Of a stretch of DNA of 64,000 bases, positions 23,044 to 35,721 are shown piece by piece. The position numbers and the translations under genes were made by a program. Source of the stretch: Mobula hypostoma (taxonomy: Eukaryota); the NCBI RefSeq assembly GCF_963921235.1, contig NC_086109.1, positions 3,722,001 to 3,786,000 on the forward strand, written 5' to 3'. The notes below the pieces were generated by a model, which did not search any database, was not told where the DNA came from, and saw only the letters and a program-made list of their open reading frames with translations. Each line of letters begins with the position of its first letter. Position 1 is the stretch's first letter.

Positions 23044-23183
23044 CGCCTCTTCCTACAGATGCTGCTTGGCCTGCTGCGTTCACCAGCAACTTTGATGTAT
23101 GTTGCTTGAATTTCCAGCATCTGCAGTATTCCTGTTGTCTGTGTAGTATATTGTTCACAAATATCAAATCATTGCACATTGAG

Positions 23184-23470
23184 TCTTGCGAGACCCTGGA
23201 TCTACGCCTGGAAAGTCTTCACTCTCCAGGGCGCAGGCCTGGGCAAGGTTGTATGGAAGACCAGCAGTTGCCCATGCTGCGTCTCCCCTCTCCATGACAC
23301 CGATGTTGTCCAAGGGAAGGGCATTAGGACCCATACAGCTTGGCACCAGTGTTGTCACAGAGCAATGTGTGGTTAAGTGCCTTGCTCAAAGACACAACAC
23401 GCTGCCTCGTCTGGGGCTCGAACTCACGACCTTCAGGTCGCTAGTCCAGTGCCTTAACCACTTGGCCACA
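23184..23470 (-). mobile_element. tRNA-derived SINE with CORE/Meta-like motif and LINE-derived body
   Basis: Reverse complement has A box tggccaagtggttaagg, B box gagttcgagccc, tgtgtctttgagcaaggcacttaacc; 11-bp TSD TGCACATTGAG at 23173-23183 and 23471-23481. Confidence 0.88.
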
Positions 23471-24799
23471 TGCACATTGAGGTAGAACAAGATAAACCAA
23501 TAATAATGTCAAAAACATGCGTAGCAGCTATGGAGAAAGTGCAGGGCAGGTAAACAATAAGGCCCAAGACCTTAACGAGGTAGATTGTGATGTCAAGAGT
23601 CTGTCTTATTGTACTAGGGAACTGTTAAATAGTCTTATAACAGTGGGATAGAAACTGTGCTCGAGCCTAATGGTACGTGCTTTCAGGCTTTTATATCTTC
23701 TGCCCAATGGGACAGGGGAGAAGAGAGAATGTCCAGAGCAGGAAGGCTCTTTGATTATAATTATGCTGGCTGCTTTGCTGAAGCATCAAGATGTGTAGAC
23801 AAAATTAAAACTGTGTAATACCTGTATAGTACCGTCAATGTGTACACAGATTTCTAGAACACAGTCAATATAGTCTACTCAGATTTCTAGAAAACAGCCA
23901 ATATGGTCTAGACGAATTTCAAAGTTCAACGTAAGTTCATTATCAAAGTGCATATCCTATATTTCACCATATCAAACCCTGAGATTCATTTTCTTGTGGG
24001 CAAATCCAATAAATCTGGTAACCATAATGGAATCATTGATAGACTGCACCAACAGGATGAACAAGCAGTATGCAAAAGATAACAAATTGTAAAAATACAA
24101 AAAGAAAGAAAAAAGAGGAAATAGTAATAATATTTTCTAGATCACAGCCAATATGGTCTACCTATTGCTCTGGAACACATTCAATATGATCTACATGGAC
24201 TTACTGCAGCCAGTTCTTCCCATAAAACAGGTGGGATTGAAGTTGAATCGTGCAGGAAAATAGATACTGATAGCATGGATACATTTGTTTAAATAACAGA
24301 CAAGATAGGGTCATGATGAATGATTGCTTTTCGGATGATGTTAATTGAATACTCACATTCTCCAGGGATGAGTGGTTGGGGCCAGTGCATTTATCAATCT
24401 GTATCAGTGACTTAGACAGTGAAACAAACCATCAATTCCTGCATTTGAAGATGAACTGAGATTTGTGAACAGCACAGAGGATGGTGATAGATTGCAGCAG
24501 GGTCCACAGGCTGCTGGACTGGGCAGGCACGTGGCAGATGAAGTTCAATGTGGAGAGATGAGCGGTGATGCATTCTGAAGGGCAGAATGACGGGAGTCAG
24601 TATGGAATAAAGAATACTGATCCAGAAGGGTACAGGAGTTGTTGAGAGTGGCAAGTCAGGTAGGGGAAGGAATTGTACACAATTCTGGGTGTAATCCACA
24701 GAGGCATAAAAACAGAGGTGTCATGCTGAACCTTAATAAAACACTGTCCTGGCCTAAACTGGCGAGTTGTGTTCAATGCTTATTAAGGATGTTTATTTA

Positions 24800-25085
24800 T
24801 TTATTGAGATACGGAATGGAACAGGCCCTTCTGGCCATTCGAGCCACACCACTCAGCAATCCACTGATTTAACCCTAGCCTAACCACAGACAATCTACAA
24901 TGACCAATTAACCTACCGAGCGGTCCAATTTTGCATTGTGGGAGGAAACCAGAGCATCCCAAGGTAACCCATGCGGTCACAAGGAGAACATACAAACTCC
25001 TTCCCAGCAGCGACGGGACTTGGACCGGGTCACTGGTGCTGTAAAGCATTGTGGTAGCACTGCGCTAACCACCATGCTACCCTGC
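24800..25085 (-). mobile_element. tRNA-derived V-SINE (HE1-like)
   Basis: V domain, caatgaccaattaacctacc body and ttta-repeat tail on the minus strand. Confidence 0.8.
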
Positions 25086-26005
25086 CACCCAGAGCACCAC
25101 AGCATAGAAACAGGACCTTCGGCCCATCTAGTCCATGCTGAGCTGTTTTTCTGCCTCCTCCCCTTGACCCGCACCTGGACCGTAGCCCTCCCATCCATGT
25201 ACTCCGAATTTAAACGTTGCAACCAAACCCGCATCCTGCACTCTCACCACCCTCTGAGTGAAGGCATTCCCCCTCAGCTTCTGCTTACATATTACTATTT
25301 AAATATTTATGGTTCTATTACTTTTTATTATTTATGGAGCAACTGTAACGAAAACCAATTTCCCCCGGGATTAATAAAGTATGACTATGACTATGACTAT
25401 GACTAAGTACTTCACCTTTCACCCTTCACCTATGACCTCCAGTTCCGATCTCACTCCACCTCAGTGGGAAAAAGCCCATGGACTTGGCAGGGGTGTGGAA
25501 CAAGATATGTGGTAGGGACACGAACAGCCTCCTCCTATGCTGTGGACATTCTGTGCACCTACAAACACTAACATTCTGTCGTCCCTTCTTATTGTAATTC
25601 TCCATTCTTTTTTTGCCCAAGTTTTGATCCATGAAAAGAACTCAAGCAAGAAATCTGCAGTTAGTGTATGATACAGGTTGTCAGATTGATGATTAATTCT
25701 GTTACTTATCGTAAGTACCGTGCACATTAGGACAGTCAGAAATGTCTCTGTTCTACAGAAGTGATGTGCAGCAGCAGCTGACCCCAGTGGAGAGCTCTCT
25801 ACTCGATCCCTCTGATCCGAGTGGGCAGATGAAACAGAAGTATATCTCCCCTGTAAAGAAGCTCCTCTGGTACTTTGTGGCTGCATTTCTCTCTCTGGCA
25901 GCTGATACACACTGGCTGGTGACAACACACAGCCTTACTCTTTACCTCCCTGCCAGTAACCGAGCAGTGCCGCTCTGGTGTAGGGAAGTTTAAAGCATCA
26001 ACATG

Positions 26006-26772
26006 CACTGAGCGGCCACTTTATTAGGTACACCTGTACACTTGCTGGTGAATACAAATATCTAATCAGCCAATCATGTGGCAGCAACTCGATTCATAAA
26101 AGCATTCAGACGTAGTCCAGACGCTCGGTTGTTGTTTAGACCAGACGTCAGAGTGGAGAAGCAGTGTGATCGAAATGACTTTGACCATGCGATGATTGTT
26201 GATGCTAGACGGAGAGGTCTGAAACTGGACTCCTGGGGTTTCCACACACAACTGTCTCTAGGGCAGGGGTTCCCTACCCAGGGGCGTCGGACCCCTCGGT
26301 TAATGGTAGGGGTCCATGGCATAAAAAGGTATGGAAAATCTCTTGAGTTTACACAGAATGCTGTGAAAAACAAAAAAAAAGCATCCAGTGAGTGGCAGTT
26401 CTGTGGGTGAAAACACCTTGGTAATGAGAGAGATCAAAGGAGAATGGCCAGACTGGTTCAAGCTGACAGGAAGATTACAGTAACTCAAATAACCACATGT
26501 TACAACAGTGATGTGCAGAAGAGATTACAGAAAATGGTGCAAAACAGAACATCCAATGAGTGGCAGTTTGTGGCAAAAACACCTCATTAATGAGAGAGGT
26601 CAGAGGAGAATGACCAGATTGTTCAAGCTGACGGGAAGATGACAGTAACTCAAATAACCACACATTACATTAGTGGTGTGCAGAAGAGCATCAATGAATG
26701 CACAATGCGTTGAAACTCAAGGTGGATGGGCTACAGCAACAGAAGGCCACAAACATGCACAAATACACTCAG
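26006..26772 (+). mobile_element. Tc1/mariner-derived non-autonomous element with N-terminal transposase remnant and an internal duplication
   Basis: Terminal cactgagcggccactttattaggtacacctg; peptides DFDHAMIVDARR, SSEWQFCG and RRMARLVQADRK resemble the Tc1 paired-like HTH; about 26350-26525 is repeated at 26525-26690. Confidence 0.8.
26264..26340. mobile_element. Tiny hAT-like MITE nested in the Tc1 remnant
   Basis: cagggg..gacccctcggttaatggtaggggtccatggcataaaaagg, flanked by ctctaggg/tcttgag; homologous to 30018-30084, 47591-47641 and 48755-48833. Confidence 0.7.
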
Positions 26773-27059
26773 ATTTATTTGTAAGATTATTGTTTAATTT
26801 TAATGGCAGTTACTTCATATCCATTCATTTAAATAATGCATACTGAGGCTTCATGCAAATTTCTCAGCAGGCTTATTGCTAATCATGCATTTTGAGTTTC
26901 ACCCTGCTAGTTATCTTCGGGAAGTCAAATCTCTCAGCAGTTGAACAGTTGTTTATCAACGTCTGTCGGTGCAATCCGTAAATCTCTCAACTGTACTTGA
27001 TTAAGTTTATTCTCTGTCAGACTGGATGTTGAATGTTGGAGATGAAGGTGTTGGATACT

Positions 27060-28980
27060 TAAGACATAGAAGCAGAATTAGTCTACTCAGCCCATCGTGT
27101 ATGCTTCGCCATTCCATCATGACTGATTTATTATCCCTCTCAACCATTCTCCTATTTTTTCCCAGTAAACTTTAAAACCCTTACTAATCAGGAGCCTATC
27201 AACCTCTGGTTTAAATATACTCAATCACTTGGCCTCCATAGCTGTCCATGGCAATGAATTCCACAGATTCTCTAGCTAAATTCCTTCTCAGCTCTGTTCT
27301 AAATGGACACCCCTTTATTCTGAGGCTGTGCCTTCTCGTCCTAGGTTCACTCACTACATCCTCTCCACATCCACTCTACCTAAGCCTTTCAATATTTGAT
27401 AGGTTTCAATGAGATCCCCCTCATTCTTGTAAACTCCAGTAAGTACGTGAGCTCAGAGCCATCAAACACTCTTCATATGTGAACTCTTTCGTTCCTGGAT
27501 CATTCTTGTGAACCTCCTCTGGACCTCCTCCAATGCCAGCACATCTTTTCATAGATGAGGAGCCCTAAAATACTCTCAATGCTCCAAATGCGGTCTGACC
27601 AATGCCTTATAAAGCCGCAGCATCACATCTTCGCTCTTATGTTCTAGTCCTCTCAAAATGAATGATAGCATTGTATTTGCCTTCCTTACCAGTGATTCAA
27701 CTTGCAAATTAACCATTAGGGATTCCTGCACAGGGACTCTCAGATCTCTTTGCACCTCTGAGTTTTGAACTTTCTTGTTGCTTAGAAAATAGTCCATGCC
27801 TTTATTCCTTCTACTGAAATGCATGAACATGCACTTCCCTACACTATATTCTGTCTGCCACTTCTTTGCCTATTCTCCTAATCTGTCCAAGACTTTCTGA
27901 AGACTGCCTGTTTCCTCAGCACTATGTTCTTCTCCACCTACCTTTGCATTGTCTGCAAATTTGGGCACAAAGTCATCAATACCATCATTCAAATCATGCA
28001 ACATAAAAAGAAGCGGTCCCACTACTGACCCTTGCGGACCACAACTAGTCATTGGCAGCCAACCAGAATAGGCCCCCTTTATTCTGACACTTTGCCTCTT
28101 GCCAGTCTCCTATCCATGCTAGTATCTTTCCTGTAAGGTCATGGGCTCTTATATTGTGAAGCAGCCTCATGTGCAGCACCTTGTCAAAGGCCTTCTGAAA
28201 ATCCAAGAAAACAACATCCACCGACTCTCCTTTGTCAATCCTACCTCAAACAATTCCACCAGATCTGTCAGGCAAGATTTCACCTTAAGGAAACCATGCT
28301 AACTTCGGTCTACTTTATCATTTGCCTCCAAGAATCCAGAATCCTCATCCTTAATAATGTATGCCAACATCTTCCCAACCACTGAAGTCAGGCTAACTGG
28401 CCTATCAGTTCCTTTCTTCTAGCTCCCTCCCTACTTAAAAAGTGGAATGGCATTTCCAATCTTTCAGTCCTCTGGAACCATTCCAGAATCTAGTGATTTT
28501 TGAAAGATCGTTATTAATGCTTCCACAACCTCTTCAGCCACCCCTTTTCAGAACCCTGTGCTGTAGTCCATCTGGTCCAGGTGACCTATCTGCCTTCAGA
28601 CCTTTCAGTTTCCCAAGCACCTTCTCCTTAGTAATAGCAACTACTCTCACTTCTGCCCCCAGTACTTGTATTTGCTCAGTTTGTTGTCTTCTCTACTCTG
28701 GTTGAACACCCTAGTTGGGCAGTCTTTCAGTGATCCCGCTATGATTATTATTCTGTGGATTTATCAAGTATGCCCACAAGAAAATGAATTTCGGGGTTGA
28801 ATATGGTGACATATGTGTACTTTGATAATAAAACTTGAACTTTGAATTTGTAACATACCGCTAGTGAAGGTTGACGCAAAATACTCGGTAAGCTTGTCCA
28901 CCGTTTCTTTGTTCCCCATTACTATCTCTCCAGCACCATTTTCCAGCCATCCGATATCCACTTTCACCTCTCTTTTAGGA
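27060..28980 (-). mobile_element. Degenerate CR1-type LINE ORF2 fragment, interrupted near 28660-28855
   Basis: Minus-strand PQGSVVGPLLF, KFADNAKVGG, LRLYKALVRPHLEH, LENGAGEIVMGNKETVDKLTEYFAS. Confidence 0.85.
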
Positions 28981-29275
28981 TTGAAAACACCAAGTACAAA
29001 AACAGTCAGCAGGTCAGGCAGTATGTGTAGGAAGAGAAATGGGACTAATGTTTCAGGATCAGATCTATTTCTCTCTGCATGGTCACTGTCTGACCCGGTG
29101 AGTGTTTCCAGTGTCCGCACTCTTTACCTTTACTGCGAATGTTTGACAAGAAGTTCCGCTTGCTGCCACATTCATGGGGCAGAGTTTAAACCCAGGTAAT
29201 CTTAACCCTGCTTCATGCTGCTTCCGAGCACAGATATAGGCACTTGCTGAATTTGTCCCCATCTGTTTCCCGCAG

Positions 29276-29429
29276 CTCTCTCTGAAAGTCAGTGATGTCC
29301 CGGACCTCTCCGCTGGTGTCATCTGCGCTTTTGGTGAACTAGCCGAAGTGGACGGTCAGACAATGGGTGACACAATTGTGTGCGTTTCACCGGCTGCTAA
29401 GGATGTGCCTCCTGTACTGAACAACCAAG
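29276..29429 (+). CDS. plxna2: Plexin-A2-like internal exon (IPT1), 154 nt
   Basis: tttcccgcag| acceptor, CAAG|gtaac donor; [51 protein letters not shown]; phase 0 start fits the previous exon. Confidence 0.93.
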
Positions 29430-30017
29430 GTAACAACCTGTTTTAGCAAAGCAGGCTCCCTGCCGTGTGGTAAACCAGTAACTGTTAAATTCATATGGAT
29501 ACCTACATAGACATACAGTGGTACAGCACAGGAACAGGCACTGCAGCCCACAACATGAGCACTGGCCAAATGGAACTAAATATCTAAGCCTCTTCTGCCT
29601 CTACATGATCTGTAGTCCTATCATATATAAATGCCACCATCTTATCCACTTCCACCACTACTCCCACACCTACCACTCTGTGTAAAAAAAAAATTGCCCC
29701 ACTCGTGTCACAGAGTCACAGAGCACCACAGTGGGGAAACTTGTCCTTTGGACTAGATGTCAAAGGACAAAGGGCCTGTTTCTGTGCTGTCGTGCTCTAA
29801 GATTCTGTGGCTCTAACCGATGCCGAACTGTTATTCTGCCTCGTCCCATTGACCTGCACCTGGACCATATCCCCCCAAACCCTTCCCGCACATGACCTTA
29901 ACCAGACTTGTCTTAAATGTTGCAATCGAACCCGCATGCACCACTTCCACTGGCAGCTCGTCTCACACTCACATCGCCCTCTGAGTGAAGACACTCACCC
30001 TCAAGTTCCCCTTAAAC

Positions 30018-30084
30018 CTGGGGCCCACAGACCCCTTGTTTAATGGCATTGGCCCGTGGCATTAAAAAAAGTTGGCAACCCCTG
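30018..30084. mobile_element. Tiny hAT-like MITE
   Basis: Ends gttggcaacccctg; perfect 8-bp TSD CCTTAAAC at 30010-30017 and 30085-30092. Confidence 0.75.
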
Positions 30085-31444
30085 CCTTAAACATTTTACA
30101 TTTCACCCTACAACCATGACCTCTAGTTCTAGTCTCACCCAATATTAGTGGAATAAGCCAGCTTGCATTTAAACTATCTGTATCCCTCATAATTTGGTAT
30201 ATCTCTATTAAATCTCCTCTCTATCTCCAATGCTTCAGAGAATAAAGCTCTGGCCAGGATACAAAATTAAATCTAACTAGCTAAATCTCTTCTGCCTGCA
30301 TGAGCCAAATCCCAGTCATATATAAATGCCACTGAAATATCTGCTTCAGCCATTATTACCCCTGACATCGATACTGTGGAAAAAAAAATCCAACTTGCCC
30401 CTCACATCTCCTTTAATCCTTCTGCCTTTCACCATAAATGCCTGTCCTCCAGTATCTGACAATTCTACCCTGGGATAAAGATTCCAACTGTCTACCCTAT
30501 CTATGCTTATTTACTTCGGCTCACCTTCCCTACTGGGGCAGAGGCCGCTGACAGCAGCTCGCCTGAGTCCCCTGTCCTGGGCCAGTCTTGCAAGCTGTCC
30601 CAGGACTAGCCCATCTTCTCCTTCCTCTCCCAGCGATGAGGTCTTTGGAGCCTCTGTTGGCTTTTCTGCAGCACTGGGTTTTTACCGGGATGGAGTTGCT
30701 TGCCCCATTGACCTCCTCCCCTTGCAGGCGGGCTTGGAACTGCCCATAGTGGAGTTCTACCCTACCTATACCTCCAGTGCATTTTTACACATCTACCGCT
30801 CTCCCCTCAGACTTTATCCAACAGGAATAATTTGCAGGAAAGTGCCAGTGAAGTATGAAATCTTTCTTTTCCAACGTGACTGCTGCTGTGTTTACAATCA
30901 TGTTATTGTGCTAACCATGGCCTCAGTTTTGACTGTACCCTGTACGTCGGATAGCCTGAGAATGACAGTACAGAGTTGTGTTATCAAGTTCTAGTCTGAA
31001 GTGGCAGATGCATGGATGGGTAGCCTCTTGGGTAACCTATGAAGTAAGTTACTTGAAATCTGTTCTCACTCACAGTGTGAAAAACATCACCAACACTAAC
31101 TTTTAATGTTGATGTTCAAGAGGTAGGTAAAGACTACATCTCAATCTGCCGATCTGTCCACTAACTCTGAACCGCCAAGTGACGGAAAACTCTCCACTTC
31201 TGGTACAAATGGAGGAACAGAAGTCCTAGAGGATGGCTTCATCTGCTTTAATAGCACTAAGCCAACCTTTTACCCTTCTCTGAGATCAACCTAATTCTTC
31301 CCTCCCACATAACCCTTCATTTTTCCTTCATCCATTTGTCTCACTCAGAGTTGTTATAATGCTCCTAATGTATCTGCCCCTAACTTCGCCCCTGGCAATG
31401 CATTCCATGCACCACCACTTTCTCTGTAAAGAAAAACTACCCAT

Positions 31445-31740
31445 TGTGTTTTCCCCTATTCCTTCTTCACCTTTCCTGCCTATCACCTCCCTGCTTCCCC
31501 TCCCCACCCCTTTATCTTTCCCCTTTCTGGTTTTTCACCTGGAACCTACCAGCCTCTCCTTCCCACCCTCCCCCACCTTCTTTACAGGGCCTCTGCCCCT
31601 TCCCTCTTCAGTCCTGACAAAGGGTTCCGGCCCGAAACGTTGACTGATCGTTTCCACGGATGCTGCCCGACCTGCTAAGTTCCTCCAGCGTGTTGTGAGT
31701 GTTGCTGAGACCCCAGCATCTGCAGAGTATTTTGTGTCTC
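31445..31740 (+). mobile_element. Short Penelope-family element (3' UTR, hammerhead variant, tail)
   Basis: cagtcCTGACAAagggttccggcccGAAAcgttgactg at 31609-31646, then gatgctgcccgacctgctaagttcctccagc. Confidence 0.8.
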
Positions 31741-32930
31741 TGTAAAAAAATCTACCTCTGATATCCCCCCCCCCACCGCCCGCACATTAGCCACTTCCCC
31801 ACTGGGAAAATATCTTGTACTGCCCACTTGATCTATGCCTCTTATCATCCTGTACAGCTCCATCAAGAACACCTCCCATCCTCCTTCACTTCAAAGGGAA
31901 AAGCCCTAGCTCGCTCAACCTATCTTCATAGGACACGCTCTCCAGTCCAGGCAACATCCTGGTAAATCTCCCCTGCACCCTCTCGAAAGCTTCCACATCC
32001 CTCCTATCCTGAGGCGACCAGAACAGAACACAGTATTCCGAGTAAGGAAATTTCAAGGAAGGTTATCATAGTTTCTAATTTCTCATCTGATGTTCCTGAT
32101 TTCCCATCCCCAAGGCTGGTCTGTGCTGTAGGACATAGAATTGCACTGACGTTGAGCCAGAATTATCCCAGAGCAGAGACCATTTCCTCCCTGTTGACTT
32201 CAAGGAAGGAAGGAACTGCTGTGGGAATTGCATCCGATTTGTAACCAATTACGCAGTGTTCTTGAACATCAGTGCACAACACCCTGTTTATTGATTCCAG
32301 GTATGCTGAAATCAGTATTCCGTTCTGAGAAGACAACAATCAGCTTCTTCCCGTTCAGGGGATGAGTCACAGACTCCAGGGAAACATCGGCTTGCTTTGA
32401 GAGTCAGGAAAATCTGCTGATTTATTAGGAACTGGCATTATAAAGGACTCTCTCATTAAGATTAAACTAGATGTTTAATTGTTTTCCCCTGGGTGTTTTG
32501 TACACAGTAAACAAAGGAGTAATCAGATATGAAATAAATGTGTGTGTTTTTTATCTTTTTACCCCGGGGAGATATCGAGTACAAAGAATAGCATAAAGCC
32601 TCCTGCTAGCCATCTAACTCTTTCTACACTGCTCCTCTTTATTCCCAACTACCTGGAAATCCTGGATTTACAGTTGCTCAAAATTATCAAAGGTTTTGAA
32701 GCAAAGAATAGATCTTGAATTTCAATTCAAGTCTATTCGTTGGAATAAATCAGTTTACGGTGGTTTTGAAGTGATCTATCCTCGGGAGTGGACTTCAGTC
32801 CTGGGCCTCTGTGGGGCAGAAGTGGGAGAGGAAGCGGCCAAGGGAACTGGAAGACGTGACTCCTGATTGTCGTTAAAGTCATGTGTCTCCTCTCAGGCTG
32901 GCTGAAGTAGGCATGAAGCTCACCAGTGCT

Positions 32931-33733
32931 GAGAAACAACGAGTACCCCATTCTGTGAGGTTAGCAGGTGCAACCCCAACTCCTGACTGACTAATCCTTA
33001 TTGAGAAACCACGAGTACCCCATTCTGTGAGGTTAGCAGGGTACAGCCCCAACTCCTGACTGACTAATCCTTATTGAGAAACCACGAGTACCCCATTCTG
33101 TGAGGTTAGCGGGGTACAGCCCCAACTCCTGACTGACTAATCCTTATTGAGAAACCACGAGTACCCCATTCTGTGAGGTTAGCGGGGTACAGCCCCAACT
33201 CCTGACTGACTAATCCTTATTGAGAAACCACGAGTACCCCATTCTGTGAGGTTAGCAGGTGCAACCCCAACTCCTGACTGACTAATCCTTATTGAGAAAC
33301 CACGAGTACCCCATTCTGTGAGGTTAGCGGGGTACAGCCCCAACTCCTGACTGACTAATCCTTATTGAGAAACCATGAGTACCCCATTCTGTGAGGTTAG
33401 CGGGGTACAACCCCAACTCCTGACTGACTAATCCTTATTGAGAAACCACAAGTACCCCATTCTGTGAGGTTAGCGGGGTACAACCCCAGCTGCTGACTGA
33501 CTAATCCTTATTGAGAAACCACGAGTACCCCATTCTGTGAGGTTAGCAGGTGCAACCCCAACTCCTGACTGACTAATCCTTATTGAGAAACCACGAGTAC
33601 CCCATTCTGTGAGGTTAGCGGGGTACAACCCCAGCTGCTGACTGACTAATCCTTATTGAGAAACCACGAGTACCCCATTCTGTGAGGTTAGCGGGGTACA
33701 ACCCCAATTCCTGACTGACTAATCCTTATTGAG
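32931..33733 (+). repeat. 72/73-bp minisatellite, 11 copies
   Basis: Unit gagaaaccacgagtaccccattctgtgaggttagcggggtacagccccaactcctgactgactaatccttatt starts at 32931, 33003, 33076, 33149, 33222, 33294, 33367, 33440, 33513, 33585, 33658. Confidence 0.96.
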
Positions 33734-34284
33734 GCTGAAGAACAGTTTTGGAGTATTTGGAGTTACGATTTATGGGAAAAGATGGGAGAATGGGGTAGAG
33801 AAGACTCGATGGGCCGAATGACGTAACTCTGTTGCTATTGTCTCCCAGTGTCAGGTTGCAATGGAGAACCTTCAAAGGTGAAATGTTTAGGTTCAGTCCT
33901 CAGACTAATGAGAGGACCTGAACTCAGTGAGAGAAGTCTCTACCATCAGTACTGGAAAATGCGATTCTCGTGTGTCTGTGTGTGTGAGTGTGAGATACCA
34001 CATGTAAGGTCCATGGGCCAGAGTAGTTACAGACATTAGACGAGAGATGGCTGATACCTATCCCCAAAAAGGGTGGTAGACATGTCTTTAACCATAAGGT
34101 GCTTTGGAGTGACGTGTTGAAATATGCAAAATAATCAACTCCCTGTAAATGACTGAGATTTAATCCGACAGTTCTCGCTATTTGAGTTATTTTCTCTGGA
34201 TATGAAGGTTTTGTTCCCTATTGCCCTCCTACAGCTCGAGTGCTTCTTTAGACAATTAAAATACTCTGAGTGGGCAGTATGGTG

Positions 34285-34480
34285 ACACGGTAGTGTGGTG
34301 GTTAGCATGACACTTTACAATACAAGTGATTCAGGTTTTACTTCCTGCTGCGGCCTGTAAGGAGTTTGCACCTTCTCCCCGTGACTGAGTGAGTTTCTTC
34401 CAGGTGCCCTGGTTTCCTCCCACAGTGTAAAGACGTACTGGTTGGTTGGTTAGTCGGTCACTGTAAATTATCCCGTGAAA
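34285..34480 (+). mobile_element. tRNA-derived V-SINE, 3'-truncated
   Basis: cacggtagtgtggtggttagc..ggagtttgcaccttctccccgtgac..ggtttcctcccacagt. Confidence 0.75.
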
Positions 34481-35624
34481 CCAAAAACTTCTTCACAAGA
34501 TGGTATCAGTGAACAATGATTCCTCGGGCAACATCTTTCAGTTAGCAAATCTGTCCAATTATTTCACTTTTCCCACGCCGCTTGCTTGTTCTTTTTGCCT
34601 TGTTTGTGTTACGGAAACTGTTGGAGCCTTTGCCGTACAGTTTGGAACTCGATCTAAGAATCCAGCACTATGCTGTGTACAGAGAGCTGCCTCGTGGAGA
34701 CAGAGACAGTGAGGGGGATGTGGTGGGGGAGACAAGAAGGTCCGAGAACATAAACTGACTGTGGAAAAGACCAGAGACAAAGTACAGGATCATGAATGAC
34801 TCCAAGCAGCAAGGAAGACTGAAGCATCGAGGTGAAGCATCGGAGATGATCCCAACAGAGATGATCAGTAGCCAGAATTGAGCATTTGGTGTGGTCAGCC
34901 CCAGATTGGCACTTCTGACTTGGATCTGCATTCGACCTGGATCAGCAGTGCTCGGACCTGGGTCGGCGGCTACTCTTTACGGAAGGACTGAGTTCATGTG
35001 GCTGCTCTCCTTCCATGCAGACAAAAAGACATTTCCCATATTCTGAGATTTATGTGATTATTGGACTGTATATCGGTTTCCTTCAGTTTTTCCTTGTTTT
35101 CTTACTTGTGGCCAATTGACGGGCAGGTGACCTGTTAATTTTTGTGTAAAGTGTGAGGGGGAGGTTAAGGGTTTGGTGCTACGGTTGCTGTTCTTTTCTG
35201 CAAGTGAGGGCATCGGGGATCGGGGATTGTTATGTGTAGGGGGTCGGTGATTGTTATTGTGGCTGCTTTTTGCTGTGGGGGAGGAGGAATTTTGGCGACC
35301 GCGGGTTTTGTTTTTTTTTTCTTTTTTGTGCGGGGTGGGCGGGATATCTTTTTCGTCAACAGCCATAGTCTTTCTGTATTCCGTGGCTATCTGGAGAAGA
35401 TAAATATCAGAGTTGTATCGTACACAGATACTTTGACAATAAAATGAACTTTTGAAATGTTTGAGTAGGCTGGGATTAAATTGAGGCATTGCTGGGTGGT
35501 GTGGCTTGAAGTACTGGAAGGGCCTTCTTCATGCTGTATCTCAGTAAGTAAGTAAATAGATAGATAGATAGATAACTAAGCTGCAGAATGAGCAACTATT
35601 GAGCTAATGTTATGTTCCCCATAG

Positions 35625-35721
35625 ATTGGATTGGGGTCAGTCTCCAGCTGAAGTCCAGAGAGACAGGACAGACCTTCGCCAGCACCGAGTTCAAGTTCTT
35701 CAACTGCAGAGTTCACCAGCT
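35625..35721 (+). CDS. plxna2: Plexin-A2-like internal exon (end of IPT1, start of PSI2), 97 nt
   Basis: ttccccatag| acceptor, CT|gtaag donor; (D)[31 protein letters not shown](L); phase 1 to phase 2. Confidence 0.93.

Larger units (their letters stand above)
21675..23138 (+). mobile_element. Penelope-like retroelement (probably Neptune-type), 5'-truncated, young
   Basis: RT C-terminus, Cys-rich linker and GIY-YIG endonuclease, pyrimidine-rich 3' UTR with hammerhead; 9-bp direct repeat CTGTGTAGT at 21666-21674 and 23139-23147. Confidence 0.9.

Noticed and set aside
32931..33733. CRISPR-like regular array (also 9966-10366)
   Set aside because: Units are contiguous with no unique spacers, there are no cas genes, and the context is a vertebrate intron.
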